This document shows, one piece after another, positions 1 through 13,294 of a stretch of 64,000 nt of DNA (positions within the stretch are counted from its first letter, which is position 1; each line of letters begins with the position of its first letter). Source of the DNA: Felis catus (Eukaryota); assembly GCF_018350175.1 (NCBI RefSeq), contig NC_058368.1, positions 156,180,001 to 156,244,000 on the forward strand, given 5' to 3'. A model generated the notes under the pieces. It searched no databases. It saw only the letters and a program-made list of their open reading frames with translations, and was not told the origin of the DNA. Both the position numbers and the translations under genes were made by a program.

Positions 1-1590
1 AAAATTCAATGGGAACCCTGTTATGTGGAGGCTGCCACACTTTTGTGAGTTTTAAATCTGTGAGTTCAACTAGGTGCCCATAGTAAATGTCAGAGAAAAA
101 TCCCCAAGAGCTTCCAGCAAGGGAAAAGGAAAAGGAACATTTTGAAATAAGTCAGAGCACTCTGTTCTTCTTCAGGGTTGCCCTCAGGAGAAACTACTAA
201 AATAGAGCCTAACCCACTGGGGTATTATCAGAGTCTAACTGAACTAGAAGAAGGGAAATACCCAATTCCAGCCCACTCTAGCTATACTCTCCTACATAGA
301 ATGGGAGAAAAAAACTGAGAAACACTTATGAAGTACATCATCCAGAGGCACAGGTCCACTAAAAGACCTAATCATAGCACCATAGAATGCTTCCCATCCC
401 TCCCCCACTTTTCCACCACATCACTAAAACCCTCTTTACAGCAGTTTCTTTTACCCAGTACATCATGTCCAACTTCCAAGAAAAATTACAAGACATACTA
501 AAAGGCAAAGAACACAGTTTTGAAAGGAGAAAACATCAGAAATAGACATGGAAATCAGAATTACCAGACCAGGAATTAAAATAACTTTGATTACTTTGCT
601 AAGGGCTCTAATGTATAAAGTAGACAGCATGCAAGAGCAAATGGGCTATGTAAATAGAGAAATGGAAATCTTGAGAAAGAACCAAAAAGAAATACTAGAC
701 ATCAAAAATACTGTAACAAAAATGAAGAATGCCTGTCCTGGGCTTATTAATAGACTGGACATAGCTGAGAAAAGAATTCTGAGCTTGAGGATATCTCAAT
801 AGGAACCTCTAAAACTCAAAAGCAAAGAGATCAAAGTCTGAAAAAAAAAAGAAGAAGAACAGAATATCCAAGGACTGTGGGACAACTACAAAAGATGTAA
901 TATGTGTAATGGGAATAGCAAAAGGAGAAGAAAAAGAAAGGATCAGAAGAAATATTTAAGACAATAATGACCGAGAAGTTCCCCTCAAATTACTATCAAA
1001 CACAAACCACAGATCCAGAAAGCTCAGAGAACACCAAGCAGAATAAATACTTAAAACTATACCTACACATATCATTTTCAAACTACAAAAAAACAAAGGC
1101 AAAGAAGTCCTGAAAAAAGCCAGAGGGAAAAAAAAAATTACCTTACCTACAGAGGAACAAAGGGACGAATTAACATCCAGCTTTTCAGAAACCATGCAAA
1201 CAAGAAGACAGTGGTGTGAAATATGTAGGAGTATCAAGGGGAAAAATAAAAAACAAACAAAAAAACCCAAACGACCTAGAATTCTATGCTCTGCAGAATT
1301 ATCCTTCACAACTGAAGGAGAAATAAAGACTTTCTCAGACAAACCAATATTGAAGACATTGGTTGCCAGTAGACCTGTCTTACAAGAAATGTTAAATGAA
1401 ATTCTTTAGAGTAAAAGGAAATAATACAAGAGTGAAAACTCAGATTTACATAAAGTAAAAAAAAAAAGACATAAAGAAGAAATAAGTGTTGGTAATATAA
1501 AAATTTTTTATTTTTCTTATTCATAATTGATCTAACAGATAAGTTTGTTCAAAATAATACCAACAAGTACTCACTTATGTATATATATCT
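1..1590 (+). mobile_element. Old LINE-1 fragment (5' region and degenerate ORF1)
   Basis: ORFs 548-802 (coiled-coil-like MEILRKNQKEILDIKNTVTKMKN...LDIAEKRI) and 1194-1409 (PRILCSAELSFTTEGEIKTFSDK...SRPVLQEML) resemble L1 ORF1p; A-rich plus strand; many frameshifts. Confidence 0.85.
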
Positions 1591-1609
1591 TATACATAAC
1601 TGTACAAAA

Positions 1610-2530
1610 GTGGAGTCCCTTGTGACCACTGTAAGGTCTCAGGTTCCAGAAAATATTCAAGACACAGAGGATATTTAATGCTTATGGAGAAACAATTTAT
1701 ACAAAGACCAAAGATATTGCACCAATCTGAAATTCTGATCCTTTAAAACACCCTACACAATTCAGGCTGTATTAATATGTGTAACACTTGTTTCAAGAGA
1801 CTTGTCTGACCTGGTGGAGAAGGGTTTGCTCAATGTGTATGTGAAGAGAAGACTAATGAGGAGAGAGTAGCAGTTTCACTTTCTCATGGCAGCACCTGAA
1901 GGCCATTGGTATCTTCAGTACAATGTTGTGCTAACTGACAAAATGGTTCAAGAACTTAAGTGTTGAAGGACAAATAGTGGTTGAAGCATGTGGGTCAACA
2001 ATTCTTTGTCATCTTGTGAGAGAATTCGGCTCTCACTTCACCTGAATAACTAAAAACCGGAGTGGTAGGGCTTCCAAGGTTATTTTTCTTTCAGTTCCAC
2101 AAAGTCTACATCAGAAGTAATTCAGTCTTTTTAACTGGAAAACTGTCCCTCCTTTGGGTAAAGAGATCACAGTAGGAAATACATGGAAACTAGGAGATAA
2201 AATTTTAAGAGGAGATAATTATTAGGGCGTCTTAAGTGATAGATTCAGGTTTTAAAAATCATTATACAGTTATCTATTGGTATTTTTCAGGGATAATGAC
2301 GAAAAGATGTAACATAATAACCTTAAACTAGCTAAAAAGATATTCAAGTAGTATCTAGAGGATAGTCAGAGTCCTGGAAGAGTGAAACCATGAATATGAG
2401 CAAGTTAGATTTTTTTATATGGATCCTAGGAAATATTTCGTGGAAATGTAGTTTCTGAAACAGTGTATAAAAATGTTTGTAGGTTGAAAGCCAAATGTAA
2501 ATGATGTAAATGGCTAAGGGACTAACAGTA
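1610..2530 (+). mobile_element. Probable ancient ERVL/MaLR-like internal-region remnant
   Basis: Non-coding, degenerate sequence ending in tggctaagggactaacagta, similar to the recalled purine-rich internal/LTR junction of MaLR/ERVL elements; family uncertain. Confidence 0.35.
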
Positions 2531-3223
2531 TAACCACTAGGTTCTCAGTCTTTGTTTTCCCAAGATATTAATAAGTATGTAATTTAAGGCAGGATATTAA
2601 GTATAGAACAAGGTGAGAATCTATTCATCTGGCCCCAAGGTAGGGCAACCCATGAACACTTTCTAGTTACATATGCAACTTGCAACACCCATTCTATGTA
2701 GACAGAAGAACAATACAAATGGAAAAACATATTGTTCCCAAAGGAACGAGAAGACATACTTGCCTTATAGAGACACAGGTGCTGTGGTCGTAATAAACAC
2801 CTTTTACGTTTAAAGAAAATGACTAGTAGTTTTGTGCACTGGTTTGCCAAAAAATGCATCCAAGAATAATATGTCACTAATGTCTTACTTGCTCAAGAGC
2901 AAAACATAATCTATGGTAAATATTAAACTAAATTTTTATGAGGGGACAGTTCCTAATAATAATTTAAAAAGAAAATCTGCTTTACATAATTTCTCTCCCT
3001 CTCCCTCCCCGGCACCTTGTCCCAAGTATATTATATTTTGATAGGACTGAATGGTTAATGATTCCCCAAAGAAACTGTTATGCTTAAAAAAAAAAATGTG
3101 TGATAAACTTTTACAAATAATAGACTCAACAAGAGCGACATGAATAAAACTTTCAAAGCATCTTTAAAGATATATTTAAGTATCCATAAAACACCTCTTT
3201 TACAAACAGTAAATTTTTCATAC

Positions 3224-3388
3224 CTGGAATGTTATATAGAAAGTTCCATAATTGTTCTTCTTCCATGTAGCTCACAAAAACATTTCCAAATGTTTGTGGA
3301 GAAAAATTGCAATGGTACAATACTTTAAAGATGGTTTCTATTAAGCTGGATCCTTGGTTCAGATTATCATCTGTATCAAAACCTTGCT
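3224..3388 (-). CDS. KIAA0825: KIAA0825 internal coding exon (9th in window)
   Basis: Acceptor tttcaag|AG, donor CCAG|gtatga; 165 bp, phase 1->1; encodes (K)QGFDTDDNLNQGSSLIETIFKVLYHCNFSPQTFGNVFVSYMEEEQLWNFLYNIP, matching the recalled KIAA0825 protein. Confidence 0.9.
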
Positions 3389-3632
3389 CTTGAAAGGTAC
3401 ATTCTTGGAAAGAATAAAATTAATTTAGTAAGATAGGTATCAGTGAACGTGATTAAATTCTTGTCACTTACCCAAGCATATTGCAGTAAAACTGTATTTG
3501 ATTAATATTTACATAATAAGAGAAATGCCATATTCTTTCAGAGTAATGGCCCACCAAACTCAATATTGTTACTGAGATACTTAGGATATTTGTAGGGGGG
3601 AAAATGTGAGAAGGGTCACAATGACATGACCT

Positions 3633-3636
<4 letters not shown>

Positions 3637-3681
<45 letters not shown>

Positions 3682-3808
3682 AGAGAGTGAATCACAAGCA
3701 AGCTCCATGCTGTCAGGGCAGAATCCAATGTGGGGCTTGCAGTGAGATCATGACCTGAGCTGAAATCAAGAGTCAGCCACTTAACCAACTGAGCCATCTA
3801 GACACCCA
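3637..3808 (-). mobile_element. Can-SINE with (GA)n tract
   Basis: Reverse complement of the tRNA-like head (cacttaaccaactgagccatcta) plus a (GA)n linker. Confidence 0.85.
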
Positions 3809-4399
3809 CCAAGGTGAGTTCTAAGTTGGACCTCACCAACTGCCTAAGAAGGTCTGGATGGAGGGTGAGCTTCAGCTGATTTCAAATGTTTCTAAGGTTG
3901 GTGTCCTAGGAACCTGGTGAAAACCAATACCTTTTCGAGGCACTCCTCCACAAACCTTGGTTTTTCCCAGCTTGCACATTTCCTACACTTTAGGGCTTTT
4001 CTTCTGCGTTCCCTTTCATTCTTCTGTTTCCCATTCCTTTCAAGAAGACTCCACTAGGGTTCTATTCTTTTAACCTTCTTCTTAAGTTCGTCCCTTCCCT
4101 GCTCCTCCACATGCAGGTCTAGCCCTTTCCTTTTTCTTTCCCTCAGCCTTCTGGACAAGACACTTGTTTGTTTAATGGAAAATCCCCCAAGTGTGTCTTC
4201 AATCGTGAAAGACATAAATATCAAGGAGTTGTAGATCTGTCTAGAGCATCCACTGTTCAAACAAAGGTCATCCACTTAGCCTCATCTTCCTCAGTCAATA
4301 TTAATACCCAAGAGGTATTAATCAGATCTACAGATCTACAACTAACCCAGAACTGCACTCTCTTATTGTTCTCCCTTTAATATGAGTCACACTCCTGTC

Positions 4400-4730
4400 T
4401 TTCTCCACACTTCTAGCTAAGGAAGGAGGACTCTTCTCAGTGGTGAGTTTGGGGCAACCCGACCACAGGGAGTTGCATTCTGGCCTGCCCTCCTCCTCAT
4501 TAAGTCTATGAGGGCTGGTTCTGCCATTGCAAGGGAGTTCCGTGGCTTTCAGCTCTGTTGGTGGCTTGGGGAGGTGGGAAGGGGGCAGCTAGGGCAGTTG
4601 GAGGGACAGAAGGATCATCTTAATTCTGGAAAATGAAGCTGTGTGGGCAAGCCATATTTAAAGCCATATTTTCTGACCCAAGCAATAATAAAGCTGCTAT
4701 TTTGAATTCCATCTGGCTCCCCTCTATCAA
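4400..4730 (+). mobile_element. Possible ancient LTR remnant
   Basis: Purine/G-rich body followed by aataataaagctgctattttgaatt, resembling an LTR R/U5 end; family not determined. Confidence 0.3.
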
Positions 4731-5867
4731 ATGTTTCATACCTTCTATAAACAAATACAAGAATTGAAAACAGATTGCCTTTTCAGTAACACTGAAGGGC
4801 TCTTTTCACTGCAGACATTAACTAGAACTAAACCTGTTAGCGCTTCAAAAGAGGGTGGTATCTGGGGAGGAGCTCCCCCACCAACCCCACCAGGAGCCTG
4901 TGTTTACTGCTACCACAGATTTACACATACATGGTGCACTAGCACTTTGCTTTCCAAGACTGCTTAATTTTTACTTTCTACAAAAATGCTGTTAATGACA
5001 AGCTCCTGCTGAGTCACTAAAATGGATCTGGCAGCAATGTTGGTGAAGAGAGTGCCATCAGCTGAGGGACGCTGAATTAACCAGGCTCTAACGAGCATCC
5101 CTAACCAAAGGGGAGAGGCTGAAAGACTCACTTTAGACATAGATATTAGAGAGAAAGTGCAGGGATAGAAAATGTAGCCTATAAAACCAGGATTCAACAC
5201 CTAAAACACCAGGCTGGTAAATTGATACCTGAGAAAAAGGGGGCGGAGTGTCATGTGAAAATGGCTTCAAAGAAGCACTAAATTTGAAAATCACAGCCTA
5301 GTTCACTGTAAAAATTAATAACAATAAAATTGAAACCTGACTTGAAAATTGGTTTGGAGTCTACTGCATAAAAGGTAACAATAGATACAAAGATCTGCCA
5401 TTTATTTACAAGTTTTCAGTTATACATGACTTATTACTTTTTCCTCCCTCAAAGTATTCTTATTTTGGCAAAATTTAAATTTTAAAAACAAAGTCTCATG
5501 AAATGGGTCTATGAATTAAACTACGAAGACAAAACAAAACAAAACAAAATCATTCTTTTTCAGAGATTTTCTTTCCCAAGTCTTTCCTGGGAATTATTTT
5601 CCTGCTTTCTGTTCTAAAATTCTCATACGCAAATTAAAGCACTTACAACCTTTTCTATGCTGTTTTCCTCAATACCCAAATAAACTAAACATCAGATTTC
5701 TACCTCTTTTGAACAACCACAGTCCCAAATTCAGGGCTGTGATTAATGGTGAGATGGGAGACAGGCCTTTATTGAATACCCACAATGGTGCTGGCTCTCT
5801 GCTCACTGTTTTGCACGTATTTACCTATTTATCTTGATCCTCACAAAAACTCTACTAAGTGTATATA

Positions 5868-6070
5868 TTTTTTAAATGTTTATTTTTTAGAGAGAGTGCA
5901 CGCGCACGTGCCAGCGAGCAAAGGAGGGGCGAGAGAGAGGGAGACACAGAATCTGAAGCGGGCTCGGCACTGACAGCAGAGAGCCCCATGCATGGCTCAA
6001 ACTCAGGAACTGCGACATCATGACCTGAGCCTAAGCTGGACACTTAACCAACTGAGCCACCCAGGCGCCC
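5868..6070 (-). mobile_element. Can-SINE
   Basis: Ends ...gagccacccaggcgcccc; diverged TSD aaaaactctactaagtgta / aaaaatctacgaagtgta. Confidence 0.9.
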
Positions 6071-6098
6071 CAAAAATCTACGAAGTGTAGATTATCTC

Positions 6099-6612
6099 TG
6101 TTGAGGGAGCCTGAGGCAAGCTGAGGGCAAAACACAAACACAAGCTAGCACCGCCCTGCCCCGCCCCCCCAAGGTGGGATTAGTGTGATATTCCTTGGAC
6201 ACCTCTGGCTGCACAAAAACAAGAAAGGACAAAAAACAAATGGTTAATCTGATTAAGAGTCTCCACCAGTTTACCAGAAAAAGGCAATCCTATCAAAAGC
6301 CTAAAGTCCGGGAACTCCTACTGTCAACGTTAATGCTTTTGTTAGGGGGGAAAACAACCTTAACTTGACAATAGGTAGGCCTCTAGTAAGTCTTTAGCAT
6401 GTGAGAGTCTCTTTGGAAATTCCCTCTTGACTTAATCTCCCCAGACTCCATAAAACGGTGCCCCACAGTTACAGTGCAGTTTTTCCTGCCCGGTGGTCCT
6501 GTCTCCCGGCTTTAATAAAATCACCTTTTTGCACCAAAGATGTCTTTAAGAATTCTTTCTTGACCGTCGGCTCTGGACCCCACAAACCCCCCACCACCCC
6601 AAAACTTCATCA
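6099..6612 (+). mobile_element. Solo ERV LTR
   Basis: TG...CA termini (tgttgag...catca), internal AATAAA near 6514, 5-bp TSD atctc at 6094-6098 and 6613-6617. Confidence 0.85.
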
Positions 6613-6650
6613 ATCTCCTTTTTTTTTAACAAATAAAGAAAATAAGTCTT

Positions 6651-6871
6651 TTTTTTTAATTTTTTTTTAACGTTTATTTATTTTTGGGACAGAGAGAGAC
6701 AGAGCATGAACGGGGGAGGGGCAGAGAGAGAGGGAGACACAGAATCGGAAACAGGCTCCAGGCTCCGAGCCATCAGCCCAGAGCCCGACGCGGGGCTCGA
6801 ACTCCCGGACCGTGAGATCGTGACCTGAGCTGAAATCGGACGCTTAACCGACTGAGCCACCCAGGCGCCCC
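6651..6871 (-). mobile_element. Young felid Can-SINE (SINEC_Fc-like)
   Basis: CpG-rich, near-consensus body; perfect 14-bp TSD agaaaataagtctt at 6637-6650 and 6873-6886. Confidence 0.95.
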
Positions 6872-7659
6872 GAGAAAATAAGTCTTAAAGAGGCTGATGA
6901 TAAATAAAATACAAAAGTTCTCTACAAGTCATCAAGAAAATAGCTACATTCAAGAGAGATTTATAATTGGACAATTGACTCCAGTGTCTTGAAAACTGAT
7001 CATCTTTATAGAGAAGGCACAGGTAATTCTGTGTATTTGAAAATTATTATGTAATATCTACAAATTTATAAATGTAGATAGGCAAACCTCTTGGAAACAG
7101 TTTTGGCTCTATCTACCTGTATCTACTAGGGTTCCTCTCCATACTTTTTATAAGATAAGATTTTCTCCAAAGTGCATTTCATGGTATGTTAATGTAGTAG
7201 CCCATATGTTCTGGAAGTGCTGGCTTCAACAATATTAAATAGTTTTGCTTTCTGCAGGATTTCTCAGAGCCTTTAATTATTCATGAGCCCTGTGCCTCTC
7301 CAAGAAGGGATTTTAGTATATAGTGTTTTAAAACATTTTTGACCATAAAACCTTTTTCTAGTATTACATTTAGCAGGAGTACTATTCTATAAAACTGAAT
7401 CTCGGAATCCTGGCTCTACTGTTTACAAATAGACTCTTAAATTAACTTCAAGCCCTTTACGCTTGCAAATGAAAAGTGAGCATTTCAAATGAAAAAGGAA
7501 GCAAGGTAGAAAGAAGTGCAAAGTTTTACTCTGCATAAGGAGATTGCCAATTTGAAAAGAAATCTGGTCACCAAAGTTGGATTTAATTTTAATTCAAATG
7601 AATCATTTTGGGGCAAAGAAGGATTTTGCTTTACCAGTAGACCCTGGAAAGAATAACAT

Positions 7660-7897
7660 GGGGCGCCTGGGTGGCTCAGTCGGTTAAGTGTCCGACTTCG
7701 GCTCAGGTCACCATCTTGTGGTTCACCAGTTCGAGCCCCGTGTCAGGCTCTGTGCTGACAGCTTGGAGCCTGGAGCCTGCTTCTGATTCTGTGTCTCCCT
7801 GTCTCTCTGACCCTCCCCCCATTCATGCTCTGTCTCTCTCTGTCTCAAAAATAAATAAACGTTAAAAAAAAAAATCTAAAAAAAATAAAAAAATAAC
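7660..7897 (+). mobile_element. Can-SINE
   Basis: ggggcgcctgggtggctcagtcggttaag head, (CT)n linker, A-rich tail. Confidence 0.95.
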
Positions 7898-8186
7898 AAA
7901 GCACAGCCAAAAGAGGTCTTGAAAAACCGATTCTTAGCCCACAGATTTATATCAGGTTCTAACCATCGAATTAAGAAACATAATGAAATTATACGACTGG
8001 CAGGCACCTTACAAGGAGGTCAGTAAATATTTGGTCAATAAATGAATAAACGTTTGTTGAGTCAATGAATAAAAAGTCTTCTAGCATTCGTGACAATGGT
8101 GACCTAGCTTCTTTTTGAATACTTACAGTGGTGAGATTTCCATTACCATTCCAGGCAGCTGTCCCACTGCTGGACAGCTCAAGTTA

Positions 8187-8763
8187 TGATACGAAAAGAT
8201 AGGATTCAGGAAGCATAGAGGGAAAGGTTCGGACCTGAGGTCCCTGGGTGGGAAAAACCACATATTTTGGAACAATGCTGGGCATGACTGACCATAGCAA
8301 ACTTCCTTGGGGGTAAGTTCCTCTTAAGCATGTAACAGACACCACCTACTCCCCCTCATGTTCCCATCAGGAATTTGACAAAAGTCCTGACTATAAAAAT
8401 AAGTAGTAGACCATAGAACGGTACAGCCATAGACCATTATGGAAATGGGCCAATTAAAAAGAAATGCCTAGGCATTTAGAGTTACCTAGCCAATAAGGGT
8501 AGAACCTGAGAAGGAAAGTGGGGGAAGGGGAGCACCCCACCCTCACCACCAAAACCCGATTTACAAAAGACCCCTGCCTATTCTCACAGGCATTCACTTT
8601 CCAATGCCCCTTCTCTGTTAAGACAGCTGTCATACTATTCTTACTTTCTGTAAGAAAGTAATAAACTTTTGCCTGCTGCTCTTTTTATTCTGTGTCCACC
8701 TCTTTATTCTTGGAAGCAGGGAGTCAAGGAACCCTAGGTATTGAGGTAAAGAATACTGAAACA
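8187..8763 (+). mobile_element. Solo ERV LTR
   Basis: TG...CA termini (tgatacg...gaaaca), CCAAT-like boxes, AATAAA near 8660, flanking direct repeat aagtta at 8181-8186 and 8764-8769. Confidence 0.8.
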
Positions 8764-9142
8764 AAGTTACCAAGCTGTTTTTCATTTTTAAGAAACATTA
8801 CACGATACTGTTATCAGAAAGGGGTATAGAAATCTACTCTCCTCTCTTTAGTAGATAAAGAAAAGAAGCACAGAGTTGTAAACAATTTCCTCAGGTATCA
8901 TTAGGGATGAGAATTCAGGTTTTCTGACTGACAGAGTGACAGCCAAATCCATCTCCTTCCAACTTACTCCCAAGTATTTCTACTTGCTGACGTGGACAGT
9001 TTTTTTTTTTTTTTTTTACATTCAGACTTAAAATATTCCAAGATAGCTATCCTGCCTCTTCTAGTCTTTTCTTCTCCAAGTTATACATACCCAGTTCACT
9101 TTAGCAAGGTATGGCCTAGGTAACTTCTTAGCAGTTTCACTC

Positions 9143-9350
9143 TTTTTCTTTTTTTTTAAGTTTATTTTTGAGTGAAAAAGACAGAGCATGAGTGGAGGAG
9201 GGGCAGAGAGAGAAGGAGACACAGAATCTGAAACAGGTTCCTGGCTCTGGGAGGTCAGCACAGAGCCTGATGTGGGGCTCGAACTCACGAAATGTGAGAT
9301 CATGACCTGAGCAGAAGTCACATGCTTAACCGACTGAGCCACCCAGGGGC
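9143..9350 (-). mobile_element. Can-SINE
   Basis: T-rich tail, (GA) linker, reverse-complement head; flanked by cagtttcactct / cagttttcactct. Confidence 0.9.
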
Positions 9351-9756
9351 ACAGTTTTCACTCTTAATGGGCAATCTCCCTTTCAACAAGTTGTGTCAAG
9401 AAAAGACCATGATATTTCAGGCAGGATCTGATGACCACTAAGCATAGGTGGATAACTGGTCCAAATTGTGCAGCTGGCAGCCCTAGGGAGTGAGAGATAA
9501 GTTTTGAGCTCCACCTGGACCCCCAATACACAAGGTCCCTAAATGGCTATACGGTAAATCCAAGTCAAAGCTATTTCAAAGGGAAATTGTAGGCAGATAT
9601 TAAGCCTATCTACCCAGTGGGAATGTCTACTCAGACCTTGGGAGAGAAGTTAAAATTGTCATGCTAGCAGTATGTGCAGGTCTCCTCTCCAGATGACTAC
9701 ACTGCAGAGAAGCACTAAAGCCACCGTGGGAGCCTGGGTGCTGTACAATATTCTAG

Positions 9757-10805
9757 AGCAAGGGTTGGCAAGCCCTGGGGACAAATCCAGACCGATGCCT
9801 GTTTTCAACAGACTGATTTCTGTTTCAAGCAAAGAATGATTTGTATGTTTTTAAATGGTTGGAAAAAAAAATCACAAGTAGGATATCCTTTGTGACACAC
9901 AAAATTATGTAAAATTCAAATTTCTGTGTGCATAAATAAAACTTCATTGGAATACAGCTGATGGGGCTCTGACATGCTACCTCAAATATGGTACCTAGGC
10001 ATACTGAATATTTTAAACACTGGAAAGAGTTTGAGAAAACAGCAGAAGCAGGAAGGTCACTCTGACCTTCCCCCTGCTCTTCTCTCCTGAAACAGGACAG
10101 GTGCCCTCTCTATACCAGGGGGGTAGGGGCATCCCTTGTCTCTGAAGTCAAAAGGATACTAAGAAGGATCCTAACAAATAGGCCCTGCTAAGTTTCCCCC
10201 AACTTACTAATTTCATACCCTTTGACCTATCATATTTCTCCATGACTGTCCATTCTTCATTGAACCTAGCATAAAAAGGCTCCAATTTAACTGTTTCTTT
10301 GGGTCACTCCTGTATCAGAAAGCAAGCAAGCAAGCAAGCAAGCAAGAAAGCACGTGGGCAGCTCAGCCAGTTGTGTCCGACTTCGGCTGAGGTCATGATC
10401 TCACAGTATGTGAGTTTGAGCCCCGTGTAGGGCTCTGTGCTGACAGCTCAGAGCCTGGAGCCTACTTCTGATTCTGCGTCTCCCTCTCTCTCTCTGCCCC
10501 TCCACTGCTCACACTCTGTCTCTCTCACTCTCTCTCTCTCTCTAAGAAAAATAAACATTAAAGAATTTTTTTAAAGTGAATTTGTATTCTTTTTCCCCTG
10601 TTAATGTATCTTTGTCAGTTGAATTTTCAACCCGTTCAGAAGCGCTAAGAGTGTTGAAGAAAACTTCTTCCTCCCCTACACAGCCATGCTCATTTGCTTA
10701 TGACAGTGGTAGAGTTTGGTGGCTGTGACAGAAATGGTAGAGTTGACAAAGCCTGAAATGTTCACTATGTGGCCCTTTATACAAAAGTTTGCCAGCTCCC
10801 ATTCT
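9757..10805 (+). mobile_element. MER58-like hAT DNA transposon, split by an ERV LTR
   Basis: Halves 9757-9958 (gggttggcaag...cattggaatacagc) and 10681-10805 (cagccatgctcatt...atgtggccctttatacaaaagtttgcca) join into the recalled MER58 consensus. Confidence 0.75.
9959..10680 (+). mobile_element. Solo ERV1-type LTR (MER34/MER39-like) containing a Can-SINE at about 10352-10572
   Basis: TG...CA termini (tgatggggctc...ctcccctaca), 4-bp TSD cagc at 9955-9958 and 10681-10684; (AAGC)n tract and a plus-strand SINE inside. Confidence 0.8.
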
Positions 10806-12189
10806 AGAATACTGGAAGAAAGTGTACACGTATTCCAAATAATCTGATAGTGAAGGACATCGTCCATCTACTCCCCAATAACTTACTTCAAGCAAGTAGA
10901 CATCCGCTCTTCAGAGCAGCCTTTGCCTATTACCCAGTCTGTCAATCTTTCTTCAGTCACTCTGTTTTATAAAAGCACTCCATGGCACTTATTAGCAGCT
11001 GAACTTATCCAATTTTTAATACCTCCTTACTTTATAAGGTCCGTCCTCTCCAATTTTCCCCAGCAATTAATCCCCCCGAATGTAAGGGCACTATGGCATG
11101 TCACATTTACCACTCTATCTCCAACTGAGAACAGTGCCTCATACCTAGTTAGAGCCCATTAAATATTAGTCTAATAGAGAACATATTTGTAAAATCAAGT
11201 AACCGAAATTTTCAGAAATTAATTCAAAAGAATGTTATTTCTTATTTCTAAGAATGAATACCTCCATAAAGTCTCATGTTTTTATTTTAGAAATTTATTT
11301 AAAAACAATTGATATACTGTCACAAAATAATGGCTCTTCTCTCTGCTAACAAGGACCACTTAAATATCAAGTGGGCAATTTATTCAATTTCTCTGAATCC
11401 AAGTTTCATCATTTGCAAAATGGTCCTAATAATCCAAGGGTCATAAATGAAATAATATGTTAAATCGCTCTGAGTTGTTGGGGACAAAGATGCTACATAA
11501 ATTCATGATAATAGTATCACTTGTAATATAATGCCCAATCATTTTGCAATGCTAACACTAGAAGCACATTAACTGCTAAAGAAGACACATGTTCCTATAG
11601 TTATATTAGACATTTTCTAGGTGCCATGAAGAGATAGAATATAAAATATTTCAGCCACTGTCAAGCCAGATTAGATTTGATTCCGTGGAAGAGAAGCATT
11701 ATAGCAAAATTCATGCTCCCAGTCTCCCAAGCTGTGTGTGAAGGTTTCCAAGGAGTGTTACAATATTTAGAACTTGAGAATATTTATTTGTCCCAGTTCT
11801 CATCTTCATGTGCTAGCATCTTGACAGCTGCTCGGTCAATACCTTCTCAGGCACAAGGCCTTAAAGGAGAAACTCTACTTCCTAGGAAGCACTTAAATTT
11901 ATGCTTAGACAGAGGGAAGGATTACTGACAAGCACAAGGAGAGACCACTGCATAGGGACCACGGGAGGAGTGATTAGAAAAGAAAAAATACATCAGATGT
12001 ATTCTTCCAGGCATTCAGTATAAAAGAAGGAAAGAATCTAATACAAATTAAGCACCTACTAAGTGCCAAACAATGGTACTTTGTATTTACTTTCTTAAAC
12101 CTTAAAATGAACACATAAGATCAATATTAGTACTCCATTTAAAAATGAATGAAACGGAATTGCTTCATGGAAATTTAATTGCCATTTAT

Positions 12190-12850
12190 TCATTCACTCA
12201 CTCATTCATTCCATAAATGATTTCAAGTACACTCTATGTACTAAAGAGTCGAGAAGGAGGCCAAGCACTGCGGACACAATGATGATCTATCTGCCCTCCT
12301 GGAACTTGCACCCACTGAGACAGACGTTAAGTACATAGTTACGTTAATTCAGCATTCGCTTAAAATTGTAACAAGTGTTACAAAAGGAATCATGGTAGGA
12401 CCTTTTGGAACAATCAAAGATGACTTCCTAGGAAGTAATATTTAAGCTAAAAGAGGTTAGCGGCAGCCAGGAAAATGAAGAGGGAAGAGATTCTGGACAC
12501 ACAAAAACCACAACATTTCAAAGGTTCTGCAGCAGAAAAGAACTTGTCATACGGGCCAAGTAAAAGGTAGTTGGTGTTAAAGTACCTGCCTGTTTTCTCA
12601 CGACACTTCTGCAGGGCCCTTGCTGTTACAGATACACAAATCTAGGATGCACAACCTTGACCAGAAAATGCATGTTAAGCTAGAGGAAAGTAGGATGCAG
12701 TATGTTGGATGAGTCAGCCACGCCCAGAGCACAATGGGCGTTGCTCATGTCTCAAGGAGAGGGTCCTTACCCTGTAAGTAGTGGGCAGTCACTAAAGGGA
12801 TTTAGGAGGGGAGTGACATAATCAGATCAATACTGAGATCACGCTTTCTG
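12190..12850 (+). mobile_element. LINE-2 remnant
   Basis: ttcattcactcactcattcatt motif followed by degenerate purine-rich sequence typical of L2 3' ends. Confidence 0.5.
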
Positions 12851-13004
12851 ACTACGTGACCTTCCAGATAAAATGGTTTATAAATATTCCTAGGTAAATA
12901 TTGTCTCCTTACAAGCCAGTAATACACTGGAAAGACAAGCCACATAGTCAGATTCTTCGCCTTCTAGAGCAACTATAGAAGGAGTCTATAGACTCTTTCT
13001 TAGA

Positions 13005-13180
13005 CAGCCTTGCTAACTCAAAAGGTGGGCCAGGGACCAGCAGCAGCAGGGGCAGCATCACATGGGAGCTTGTTAGAAATGGAGAGACCTAGGCCCATCC
13101 CCAGACCTATTGAATCAGAATCTGCAGTTTTCACAAGCTTCCCAGGTGACACATTTGCATTTTAAAGTCAAGAAGCTTTG
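13005..13180. mobile_element. MER5A-like hAT DNA transposon
   Basis: ggaccagcagcagc...catgggagcttgttagaaat...gaatcagaatctgcagttttcacaag matches the recalled MER5A core. Confidence 0.75.
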
Positions 13181-13294
13181 TTTTACTTAATACCCTATAA
13201 ACACACCACCCTCAGAGAAACTCAGCAGACCCTAGGCAATAAGTGATAAATGTTTCTGGGACTATAATAGTTCTACAGAGCCCATTGATACTCT

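Noticed and set aside
6678..6860. Recurrent MAQSVK...SDSVSPSLSAPPP ORFs (also 7671, 9061, 13574, 26018, 30197)
   Set aside because: They are translations of Can-SINE copies, not a gene family or a CRISPR-like array.
12977..13000. Near-perfect palindrome agaaggagtcta/tagactctttct
   Set aside because: Short, has one mismatch and abuts a MER5 element; plausible by chance or as a local repair scar.
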